From contig JBMNON010000002.1 of assembly GCA_050943115.1 (NCBI GenBank), positions 27,157-91,156 of the forward strand: 64,000 nt of DNA. The letters are read 5' to 3'. A program made the translations under genes and the position numbers. Shown one piece after another: positions 36,512-44,651 of this stretch. Each line of letters opens with the position of its first letter. Within the stretch, counting starts at the first letter, position 1. Source of the stretch: Patescibacteria group bacterium (GTDB lineage Bacteria; Patescibacteriota; Microgenomatia; UBA12405). Under the pieces are notes generated by a model. The model was not told the origin of the DNA, did not search any database, and was given only the letters and a program-made list of their open reading frames with translations.

Positions 36512-37195
36512 ATGAATGGTGTAAATGATATTGCTGCAAGGGTAAGTAACACATTGGTTAATGCTCTTAATTCCGTTATTGCATTTTTGCCGGAATTAAT
36601 TGCTGGACTTATTATTTTGCTAATTGGTTGGTTGATTGCAGCCGCATTAAGAGAATTGGTCGAAAGAGGGTTGCGGGCTATAAATATTAAATCCTGGTTT
36701 AGAAAAGCAGGAGTTCAGAAAGAGTCAACCCAAAATGTATGGATTAAGATTCTGTCACAACTGGTTTTTTGGACGGTGTTAATTTTATTTCTGATTCCGG
36801 TTTTTGAAACTTGGGGGATCCCCCAGGTAACAAATGTAATAAATGAGTTAATTTTTTATCTTCCTAGAGTTTTTGCTGCTGTTGTGATTGGTTTTATCGG
36901 CTTTGTGTTGGCAAATTTACTTAGTGATTTAGCTAGAAATTCTGCCAGAACATATGGAGAAAATGCTGCCAGCGTTGCCGGCGGTATAGCTTATTATTCT
37001 GTATTGATATTTTCAGCTCTTATTGTATTAAGCCAATTGGGAATTGCGTCGGAGTTAATCCAAATATTGTTCATGGGTTTTGTGGCTACTTTTGTTCTGG
37101 CTGCAGGATTGGCTTTTGGTTTGGGAGGCAGGGATACCGCCAGAGATTTATTAAACCAATTGCTGGAAGGTGTCAAGAAAAACAAGAATAAGTAG
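36512..37195 (+). CDS. CmpX-like TM-helix-repeat / MscS-associated membrane protein
   Basis: Repeated (F/Y)LP.L..A..I..IG helices, L.QLGIA, GLAFGLGGRD.A. Confidence 0.85.
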   Translation: MNGVNDIAARVSNTLVNALNSVIAFLPELIAGLIILLIGWLIAAALRELVERGLRAINIKSWFRKAGVQKESTQNVWIKILSQLVFWTVLILFLIPVFETWGIPQVTNVINELIFYLPRVFAAVVIGFIGFVLANLLSDLARNSARTYGENAASVAGGIAYYSVLIFSALIVLSQLGIASELIQILFMGFVATFVLAAGLAFGLGGRDTARDLLNQLLEGVKKNKNK

Positions 37196-37241
37196 CGGGG
37201 GACGGGTAGCGAAAAATAATAGGGTGTGAAATAATAATGGC

Positions 37242-37829
37242 ATGATGGATTCAGTAACAGAGATTAGAGTCAGTACAGATGGGCGGTACGAATTAAACGA
37301 TTTGAAACCAGATGAAATACGGGATGCGGCAGCAACAGGTTTGGGTCATAGACTGGGAAACGTATTGGCAGTTATGGGAAATTTGCAATTTTATAAAACA
37401 GCAGAAGCGGAATTGTTGAGACAAAACTTCTTAATGGTTGATCCTCAACAAAACAAGACGGAAATTTTTAAAATGGAGTTAAATCAGGGGATGACTAAGG
37501 AAGATGTCGCAAGAAAGGTTTGTCAGATATTTCTAAGGAATGTTGCGGATAAAGCAAGGGAGTCAGGAATACCGGGTAATACTGATGAGGAGGTCATTGA
37601 AAGCTGGCGAGGCCATATTAATAATGAATGGGAATTGGTAAAAATTAAAGAAAGAGACGAAAGCCAAGAAAGTATTGAAATTGCTAAGGGGAAAATTATG
37701 AGGATTATGGATGATGTGGTGGGAGTTGCTAATGGGAAAAAGGGATTGCCGCCAATATATGATTATAGTACTAGGGGTAAATTTTTTGATTATGGTAATT
37801 TTGGTCCGCATGGGACCAACTTAGGTTAA
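37242..37829 (+). CDS. Hypothetical protein with H-box-like motif
   Basis: LGHRLGNVLAVMGNL resembles a HisKA H-box; no ATPase boxes. Confidence 0.55.
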   Translation: MMDSVTEIRVSTDGRYELNDLKPDEIRDAAATGLGHRLGNVLAVMGNLQFYKTAEAELLRQNFLMVDPQQNKTEIFKMELNQGMTKEDVARKVCQIFLRNVADKARESGIPGNTDEEVIESWRGHINNEWELVKIKERDESQESIEIAKGKIMRIMDDVVGVANGKKGLPPIYDYSTRGKFFDYGNFGPHGTNLG

Positions 37830-37891
37830 TAATGTCTTACACGGTTTTTACTTATTTGTTATAAGAAAGTGGGACAATGATAATAATAAGT

Positions 37892-38053
37892 ATGAGTCAA
37901 TTAATTATGGTAATTCTAGCAGTACTATTGCCTCCTTTGGCTGTTTTTTTAACAGTCGGATTCACCCTGCATTTTTGGATAAATGTGATTTTGACGATTT
38001 TGGGTTATTTACCTGGAATAGTTCATGCCTTGTGGGTGGTGTTAACTTTTTAG
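37892..38053 (+). CDS. YqaE/Pmp3 family small membrane stress protein (not in ORF track)
   Basis: MSQLIMVILAVLLPPLAVFLTVGFTLHFWINVILTILGYLPGIVHALWVVLTF, textbook Pmp3 signature. Confidence 0.95.
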   Translation: MSQLIMVILAVLLPPLAVFLTVGFTLHFWINVILTILGYLPGIVHALWVVLTF

Positions 38054-38059
38054 TGAATA

Positions 38060-38428
38060 ATGGAAGACAAGCAAAGATACTTGAAACAAGCAGAGTTTGT
38101 TGCCCAGCTTCTGGACTCTCAGTTCAGCATTTTAGGGTTTAAGTTTGGTTTGGATCCAATCTTGGGTTTGGTTCCTTGGTTTGGCGATGTTGTTTCCGTA
38201 GCATTTTCTTTGTACCTTGTTTCAATCGGAAAAAAAATGGGGATGCCGGATCGACTGGTTCAGGCAATGGTTAGGAATGTACTTGTAGATTTGATTGTTG
38301 GTTCTGTGCCCTTAGTTGGTGATATCGGTGATTTTTTTATAAAAGCCAACCAGAGAAACTTAAAAATTATCCGTAAATTTGCTTCTTTAAGAAAAGAAAC
38401 AATAGTTGAAGGGGAAATTACCGGTTAA
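38060..38428 (+). CDS. DUF4112 family membrane protein
   Basis: LLDSQF.I.G.KFGLDPILGLVP..GD...M..N...D...G.VP.VGD..D...KAN.RN. Confidence 0.9.
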   Translation: MEDKQRYLKQAEFVAQLLDSQFSILGFKFGLDPILGLVPWFGDVVSVAFSLYLVSIGKKMGMPDRLVQAMVRNVLVDLIVGSVPLVGDIGDFFIKANQRNLKIIRKFASLRKETIVEGEITG

Positions 38429-38463
38429 TACCGGTCGTTAGACTGTTATTTGTCTTGACCCGA

Positions 38464-38850
38464 TTACCTTTCTTTTACTTTTAGTTTGCTTTCAACATCG
38501 ACAACACCGCTACTCCAAAAAGCATCAGCATAGGCAAGAGGTTTACTTCGACGGTTTCTTACATTACCTTCAAGGGTTACGACGCCACTGTCAACCTTAA
38601 TTTCTATGTTGTTTTTATCCGAACGGCTAATATAAGGGTTGCTGTCAATAGTATCTCTGACAATATCTCTTACTTCTTCGTCAGTTAAAGCGTAGTCAGT
38701 TGTCTCTCCCATATAGCCGTAGTCGTAGTAAGGGGCTCCGTAGTAACCACCATAATAGGGTCCGGGATAGTAGCCTCCTCCGCCTCCATAGTATGGATAA
38801 TCATAGCCCCGATAAGGTCCCCAATTCCAGTAATCATCGTATCTTTGCAT
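38464..38850 (-). CDS. BON-domain protein with Tyr/Gly-rich low-complexity N-terminus
   Basis: TDEEVRD...I.IKVDSGVVTLEG.V...GVVDV.SKL.V BON motif; AAGGAG SD 5 nt before ATG 38850. Confidence 0.88.
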   Translation of the reverse strand: MQRYDDYWNWGPYRGYDYPYYGGGGGYYPGPYYGGYYGAPYYDYGYMGETTDYALTDEEVRDIVRDTIDSNPYISRSDKNNIEIKVDSGVVTLEGNVRNRRSKPLAYADAFWSSGVVDVESKLKVKER

Positions 38851-39010
38851 ATTCACTCCTTAAAATTACTAATTATCAACATTAAATAAAATAAGAGTCA
38901 AATAATAATTAAAAAATGGTTGGAGGAAAGTAAGAAGTGGGCTATACACTCTTACTTAATTCTTGCTAATTTATTTATTGCCTTTGTGGTGTCCATCTTA
39001 GAATTTGTAT

Positions 39011-39361
39011 ATGGAAGAAAATAGACCATTATTATTGTATCCGGACAGCAGAGTAACAACCAGTCATAGGGAAATTAGAAGTTGGATTGAATCACAAGGG
39101 GGGCAGCCGGCTGTGTTTGATGACCCTACTACCAACAACGATATGGTGGGAATTAGAGTTGATTTTCCGGGAAAAAGGGACGAGGTGTTTATGCACAGTA
39201 CCGTGGTATCAGAAGTGGTAGGTTGGGATTATTTTTTTGAGTTGTTTGACAAATATAATTTGGCCTTTATATATCAAAAGAAACTTGACAATAGCGATAA
39301 GGATAGGACCTTGGCCTACAAGTTTGTTAAAAGAGACAGAATTAAAGACTTACTGAGCTGA
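39011..39361 (+). CDS. Conserved small stress-associated hypothetical protein (TT.H.EI..W.E..GG.PA family)
   Basis: TTSHREIRSWIESQGGQPA...R.DFPG...W..FF..F...NLAF.YQ...K.V.R. Confidence 0.75.
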   Translation: MEENRPLLLYPDSRVTTSHREIRSWIESQGGQPAVFDDPTTNNDMVGIRVDFPGKRDEVFMHSTVVSEVVGWDYFFELFDKYNLAFIYQKKLDNSDKDRTLAYKFVKRDRIKDLLS

Positions 39362-39559
39362 AGGACTGCCTTCAAGAGTGGCAGATTCTGTTTCTATTGG
39401 TGGGATAATCGGTGTTGGCAAGTTGAGGGGTTGATCTTCCAACTTCTTCAACACCTGGAAGTCTATACTTTTGTAGGAAGTATAACCGGCATAAGATAGC
39501 AGAATTAACAGCAGAAAAATCATTATAAGAATGGGTGTTTCAATATGGTTGTCGTCCAT
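39350..39559 (-). CDS. Small single-pass membrane protein
   Basis: One TM helix, SID..VLK.LE..PL.LPTP; last gene of secG operon. Confidence 0.65.
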   Translation of the reverse strand: MDDNHIETPILIMIFLLLILLSYAGYTSYKSIDFQVLKKLEDQPLNLPTPIIPPIETESATLEGSPSAQ

Positions 39560-39563
39560 TTTT

Positions 39564-40895
39564 TTATTTTACCCTGGATATTGTATAGATTGTAGGATAT
39601 GACAGAAATATTGCGGGAGATTCTTCAAGCAGAAACCTTTGGAAATCGATATAAATCTTTTTTCTTTCAACCGGATCCATTGTTTGTCTTCCTTCTTCTA
39701 AGAGTTTGTCGATTCTGGATTCGGTCAGTTTTGTAATGTTTGTGCCTGTTTGAGTTGAATGCCAGAAAATATACTGATCGGGATCGTTGGGGATACTACC
39801 GTATGCCAATACAGCATCAAAGTTTTCCTGGTCAATCTGATTTTCAATATTTAATATGACTTCGATCCCTAAGATGTCAGTCCAGGCTGTTTTAATTTCG
39901 TCGGCTTTTGACAGAAGTCTTCTATCGCTAATAATTAAATTAATCTTCTCAATGCCATTGCTTTTAAAGAGTTCTTGGGCTTTGGCCGGGTTATAATTAT
40001 AGTCTTTAACAGTTGGATTGTAAGCCCAAGAGGTGGGAGATATCGGACCAAGACATCTTTCGTTTTTGTCTTTTGTTTTCGGAGTGGCATAAGCCAAGGC
40101 TTGTCTAAGTTGCTTGGGACCGATTCTGTTGGTATTAAAGAAAACGGCCAAATATGTTTGGTCGGATTTGATTTCCTGGGTAATTTTTGTGTTAGTCCAG
40201 GCGGCAATTTCTTCTGGTAGTTCACCTGTCCGAATTTCATCAACCTGGCCGAGTTTGTAGGCAGTTACTAAATCCTTTTCGTTCTGATAGAAGTTGTAAA
40301 TAAGGGTTTTTTTGTCTTTTTCGACTGGAACCAGGCTCATTTTTTTAATGTATCCATCCTGGTATTCGATTTTATTAAGCCTATAAGGGCCTAATCCAAT
40401 TAAGTTTTTCAAGAACAAGGGTTTACTTAGTGCAGTAAGAAGCGGGGCGAAGAACTCTTGGGGAATGACTTCAATGTGGGTGTCATCAATTACTTTTAAT
40501 CCGAGACCTTTAATATTGGGATTAATATCGTGGGCGGTTAGTTTTTTACCGTTATGCCAAAAGAAATTATCATTTATTTCGAAAATATAATTTTTGTCGT
40601 CTTTAATACTGGAGGATTTACTTAGAACTGAAAGGGCTGATTTGTCATTTTCGGTAATTGTCGTCAGGCCGTAGCTTAGGAGGCTACTAACTTCGTCGGG
40701 CAGATTGTTGGCTGTGTAAAGGCCTTCTACGCCAATTCTTTTGTAGTTAAATATTTTTATTTGACTTAGGATTGAGAGTTTGTCTTGATTTAGGTAGAAG
40801 ACAATGCCGATTAGAATACCCAAGCCAAGAAATATAAAATTTTTCTTGATATAGAGGAACAAGTATTGGATTTTGAAGTGAAGTTTCTTGATCAA
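39564..40895 (-). CDS. Family 5 (OppA/DppA-like) solute-binding protein, TM anchored
   Basis: WHNG..LTAHD, G.GPY, LRQALAYA, D.LLEEGR...D..ERK.IY..FQ..L.EE.P.IFL. Confidence 0.88.
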   Translation of the reverse strand: MIKKLHFKIQYLFLYIKKNFIFLGLGILIGIVFYLNQDKLSILSQIKIFNYKRIGVEGLYTANNLPDEVSSLLSYGLTTITENDKSALSVLSKSSSIKDDKNYIFEINDNFFWHNGKKLTAHDINPNIKGLGLKVIDDTHIEVIPQEFFAPLLTALSKPLFLKNLIGLGPYRLNKIEYQDGYIKKMSLVPVEKDKKTLIYNFYQNEKDLVTAYKLGQVDEIRTGELPEEIAAWTNTKITQEIKSDQTYLAVFFNTNRIGPKQLRQALAYATPKTKDKNERCLGPISPTSWAYNPTVKDYNYNPAKAQELFKSNGIEKINLIISDRRLLSKADEIKTAWTDILGIEVILNIENQIDQENFDAVLAYGSIPNDPDQYIFWHSTQTGTNITKLTESRIDKLLEEGRQTMDPVERKKIYIDFQRFLLEESPAIFLSYPTIYTISRVK

Positions 40896-41111
40896 TTAGA
40901 TAAGAATTATTTGAACTATTGAGGACAGGATAAAAAGTGACAAAACTAAGAAGGTAAGGGTAAACAAGAATTTTTCCCAACCCCTTTTTTCATAACTAAC
41001 CGTAGAGAGGATGTTGGTCTTGTACTCCCCTTCTCCGTTTGACTGAAGGAAAATGAGGGTAATTAGTAGAACAGACAGGAGTATTTGTATTATTGTAAGT
41101 GCTGTGTTCAT
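40896..41111 (-). CDS. secG: Preprotein translocase subunit SecG
   Basis: Two TM helices, I.LQ, RG.EK.LF..T. Confidence 0.85.
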   Translation of the reverse strand: MNTALTIIQILLSVLLITLIFLQSNGEGEYKTNILSTVSYEKRGWEKFLFTLTFLVLSLFILSSIVQIILI

Positions 41112-41521
41112 TATTTCTTATTATATAAGATTATGTTGAATATGTGGTAGATAAGAGCAATTGTGAGAGATGTGACGAGAAAGGCGGTAAATCCGCTAAA
41201 TTTTAAAGTTGGAATATCAAACCCCACAAGATTAAAGTTTTCTTTGAATATACTAAGGACTCTGAATTTATCGACTAGTACGACAGCCATGTAGAGTCCC
41301 AGGGTGTCAATAACAATGCGAAAAAGTCCCAGTGTGAGCAGATTGATGGGTAGCAATAAAACCTTGATTATAGGCTTGAGAATTATCTCAAATACTGCCA
41401 GAATAAAGGCTACTTTTAGGATTCCTAAAAACTTGTCGGGAAATATTAGATTCCCCCAAAGTTCATCAGTAATTACTAAACTAAAGGCAAGTAACAAGGT
41501 AAACCGGAAAAATTTTTTCAT
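41111..41521 (-). CDS. YvlD/DUF360 (phage holin family 4-like) membrane protein
   Basis: KPIIKVLLLPINLLTLGLF signature. Confidence 0.85.
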   Translation of the reverse strand: MKKFFRFTLLLAFSLVITDELWGNLIFPDKFLGILKVAFILAVFEIILKPIIKVLLLPINLLTLGLFRIVIDTLGLYMAVVLVDKFRVLSIFKENFNLVGFDIPTLKFSGFTAFLVTSLTIALIYHIFNIILYNKK

Positions 41522-43305
41522 GTTTGTTTTCTTTTGGCAATATTAACGACTAAAGCGATCGTACTTAGGATGAAGACGGTACCAAGAAGGGTGATGGCAA
41601 GGTTTAGGAAATGCGGAAGGTAACGAATTTCAATTTCTTCGACGCTGGGGCTATCGATATGGGAAACAAGCAGCTTAATCTTTTGATTATGAGGTAAAAG
41701 TGATTTAAAGAAAGGGATTTGCGGAATTTCCGCTTCGACTGAACCGAGAGGCGGCAGAGAGGGCAGTTGCTGTTTGTATTCGAAACCGATGCCTTTGATA
41801 GTAATATTTGTAAGCGCAAGAAGATTGGGATTTGAAATTTTTATTTTGGGACTTTGGTTGATTTTAGTACTTATTGGTTCAAGTACAATTGGTGAGATGT
41901 TCGGCTTTTCCAGCTCCGATTGAGCAAATTTTATATCTACTGTCTTTGTTTGACGGTTCTTTTTGTAAGAACCCGGTGGCGGAGGGTTTTGGCTGTCTTC
42001 TCCGTGAATGACCAGGGTAAAATGATTTAGATCGAGATCGTTAAAATAATCTATACCTTTAGTTGTTTTTCCCCACGTGGGATCAATCGATTTCCATTTT
42101 TTTGAAGCATTGTCATAGTATTGCGGCCATGCGTGGAGGATATCGGCGTTAACATTGGTGGGCTTAATTTTGGTATTATTCGTGTGTGCGTAACCCTCGA
42201 TTTCCCGTGCAGGAATTCCTTTGGCTCTAGCTAGAGTAACAAAAAGATCGGTAAATTCAGTGCATAATGAATTATCGGGTTGGGCAAGAGCCATAAGTGC
42301 CCCCTTCCTTTTTGCCGAATTAATTTGGTTGTAATCGTAATTAAGTGTTTTAACAACATAGCTGTAAATATCTTTTGGTGTTGACAGACTATTAGCGATA
42401 GCTTGGATTTGATCATCAGACACAGGCCAAAATTCCTGATCTTTGGTAAGTGACTGAAAGTCAATTTCTTCCTGCGTTGCGGATAAGGGAGATATTTTAA
42501 CTTGGCCGGTGACATGAACTTCTACCGTTTCGAGGGGGTCAAGAAAGTACTCTGCAAGCCAGTTGCCGTCATTATCTTGAACGATGTTTTGGGGTTGAGG
42601 TTGTATCGAGGAATAATAGATCTTTTGGTTTTCGGTGTCTGGCGGGATGGCAATTTGAGTGGAAATATAGTCTTTGTTGTCATTGTCGAGATAATAGGTC
42701 AGATTGAAGTCAAAAAGTTGGAAATCGCCAAATATTAGCAATATTTTTTGATCTTTTACCGAAGAGCTATTAATTTGAATAAGGTGGTTTTGGCCGGATT
42801 GGGATGTTGAGGCAAGAGGGACAGATGAGAAGGAAATTTTCCCAAAAGACAATGGTACTTTTAATGTTAGGTTGATAATATCCGACTCCTTATGATTAAT
42901 AAATTCCGGAAGGGCTATCTCCCACATTTTACCTTTGTTGACAGCAAAATCAGGAGACTGAAAACTTAGGGAGAAAACCGTACTGTTGCCTTTGCCAACA
43001 GCCGGATCGTTAAATTTTAGAGAGACGGTGGTACCATCGTCGTTTTTTTCAACAGATTTGACAATATTGCCGGCACTATCCGAACCGACAATGTTTTGGA
43101 CACCGGTGTCAGACAACTGGTATACATATTCGGGTGAATAAATTTGAGAGAAATTATTGGTAAGTTTATTTTCCTGTTTAACATGGGCGCTGCCGGAATG
43201 GTTTATGGTGTAAGTGATATTTTGTTCCAGCGTGAACTCTTCTATTGCCAGGGATGGTTGACAAAAAAGTCTCAGAAAAAGTAAAAAAAAGAAAATGCTT
43301 TGCAT
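41518..43305 (-). CDS. Surface-anchored transglutaminase-like domain protein
   Basis: Signal peptide; CTEFTDLF...RA.GIPAR, HAW, DPTW Cys-His-Asp triad; C-terminal TM; start ATG 43305. Confidence 0.88.
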   Translation of the reverse strand: MQSIFFFLLFLRLFCQPSLAIEEFTLEQNITYTINHSGSAHVKQENKLTNNFSQIYSPEYVYQLSDTGVQNIVGSDSAGNIVKSVEKNDDGTTVSLKFNDPAVGKGNSTVFSLSFQSPDFAVNKGKMWEIALPEFINHKESDIINLTLKVPLSFGKISFSSVPLASTSQSGQNHLIQINSSSVKDQKILLIFGDFQLFDFNLTYYLDNDNKDYISTQIAIPPDTENQKIYYSSIQPQPQNIVQDNDGNWLAEYFLDPLETVEVHVTGQVKISPLSATQEEIDFQSLTKDQEFWPVSDDQIQAIANSLSTPKDIYSYVVKTLNYDYNQINSAKRKGALMALAQPDNSLCTEFTDLFVTLARAKGIPAREIEGYAHTNNTKIKPTNVNADILHAWPQYYDNASKKWKSIDPTWGKTTKGIDYFNDLDLNHFTLVIHGEDSQNPPPPGSYKKNRQTKTVDIKFAQSELEKPNISPIVLEPISTKINQSPKIKISNPNLLALTNITIKGIGFEYKQQLPSLPPLGSVEAEIPQIPFFKSLLPHNQKIKLLVSHIDSPSVEEIEIRYLPHFLNLAITLLGTVFILSTIALVVNIAKRKQT

Positions 43306-43371
43306 CGTTAGTTTAACTATAACAAAAAATTGATTAGTTGACTTCGGGTAATCTTCGTGTAATATTTGGTT

Positions 43372-43986
43372 ATGGCAACAGTATTGTATAAAAGACAAAA
43401 GCAAATTTTGGACTATATTACCAAAAATATTAATAAGTATGGCTGTGCACCTACTTTAACGGAGATTGCAAGCCATTTGGGGCTATCATCTTTAGCTACC
43501 GTTCATGAGCATTTAGCAGTGTTAGAAAAGAAGGGGCTGATAAGAAGGTATCGGGGTGCTATAAGAGGAATTGAGCTGGTAAATCAGGAGTTTGCCGAGG
43601 AAAGTTTCGTGGAATTGCCGGTTATGGGTTTTATTGCTTGTGGCGAGCCTATCGAACCCTACACCGATCCGGATGCCACTTTGCCTGTAAATTCGAAGTT
43701 GGTAAAACCAGGAGATCATTCATATGTTCTTCAGGCAAAAGGTGATTCAATGATAGAAGACGGTATTTTAAACGGTGATTACGTCGTAATCAAGGAGCAG
43801 CAAATGGCGAATAATGGGGATATTGTGGTGGCGGTTCTAAAGAACGGTTTTGCTACTTTAAAACGATACTACAAAGAAACGGACAGAATTAGATTGCAGC
43901 CAGCCAATTCAACTATGATGCCGATTTATGTAACAGACGTTGAAATTAGAGGCAAAGTAGTTGCTATTATTAGGCATTTCGAGTAA
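43372..43986 (+). CDS. lexA: SOS repressor LexA
   Basis: wHTH PT..EI...GL.S.ATVH.HL..LE.KG, IACG cleavage site, GDSM Ser, TLKR Lys. Confidence 0.96.
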   Translation: MATVLYKRQKQILDYITKNINKYGCAPTLTEIASHLGLSSLATVHEHLAVLEKKGLIRRYRGAIRGIELVNQEFAEESFVELPVMGFIACGEPIEPYTDPDATLPVNSKLVKPGDHSYVLQAKGDSMIEDGILNGDYVVIKEQQMANNGDIVVAVLKNGFATLKRYYKETDRIRLQPANSTMMPIYVTDVEIRGKVVAIIRHFE

Positions 43987-44651
43987 TGCTATACATAGTA
44001 TCTACACCAATAGGTAATTTGGAGGATTTGACAGCCAGGGCAAAGAAGGTATTGGGAAAGGTGGATTACATTCTTTGTGAAGACACGAGAGTAACCGGAT
44101 TAATGTTGAAAAGCTTGGGTGTAGATTTGAAGGCCAAGATGATTTCTTATTATGACGAGGTTGAAGAGCAGAAATTGCCGGAGGTAATTAAATTTTTAGA
44201 AGAGGGATTGAGTTTGGCTTTGGTAACCGATTCCGGTACGCCGATTATCTCAGATCCAGGTTACAAACTAGTAAAGAAATGCCGTGAGCAAAATATTCCA
44301 GTGACAGCGCTGCCGGGTCCCTGTGCGGCGATAAATGCAATGGTTTTGTCGGGTCTACCTGGTGGGAGATTCTCATTTTTGGGATTTTTACCTAAAAAAG
44401 AAGGTGAAAGAAAAAGAGTTTTAGAAGAATATAAAAATGTAGGCGGCAGCAAAATCGTTTACGAATCGCCGTATAGGATAGGAAGATTAATTTCAGAAAT
44501 TAGAAATGTTTACGGCGATGAGATAAAAGTGGCAATGTGTCGGGAGATGACGAAGCTGCACGAGGAAGTGATTTGGGGCAACATTGCACAAATCGAAGAG
44601 GTGTTGAAAAAGAGGAAGCTTAAGGGCGAGATGGTTGTGGTTTTTTCTTAG
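43986..44651 (+). CDS. rsmI: 16S rRNA C1402 2'-O-methyltransferase
   Basis: STPIGNLED, CEDTR, DSGTP.ISDPG, YESP.R, REMTK.HEE. Confidence 0.96.
   Translation: MLYIVSTPIGNLEDLTARAKKVLGKVDYILCEDTRVTGLMLKSLGVDLKAKMISYYDEVEEQKLPEVIKFLEEGLSLALVTDSGTPIISDPGYKLVKKCREQNIPVTALPGPCAAINAMVLSGLPGGRFSFLGFLPKKEGERKRVLEEYKNVGGSKIVYESPYRIGRLISEIRNVYGDEIKVAMCREMTKLHEEVIWGNIAQIEEVLKKRKLKGEMVVVFS

Noticed and set aside
34562-39361. Integrative element inserted at tRNA-Gln
   Set aside because: No integrase and no duplicated tRNA 3' end (att site) found downstream
41111-41521. Prophage suggested by the holin family 4 label
   Set aside because: YvlD/DUF360 proteins are common chromosomal membrane proteins; neighbours are secG and lexA, with no phage genes
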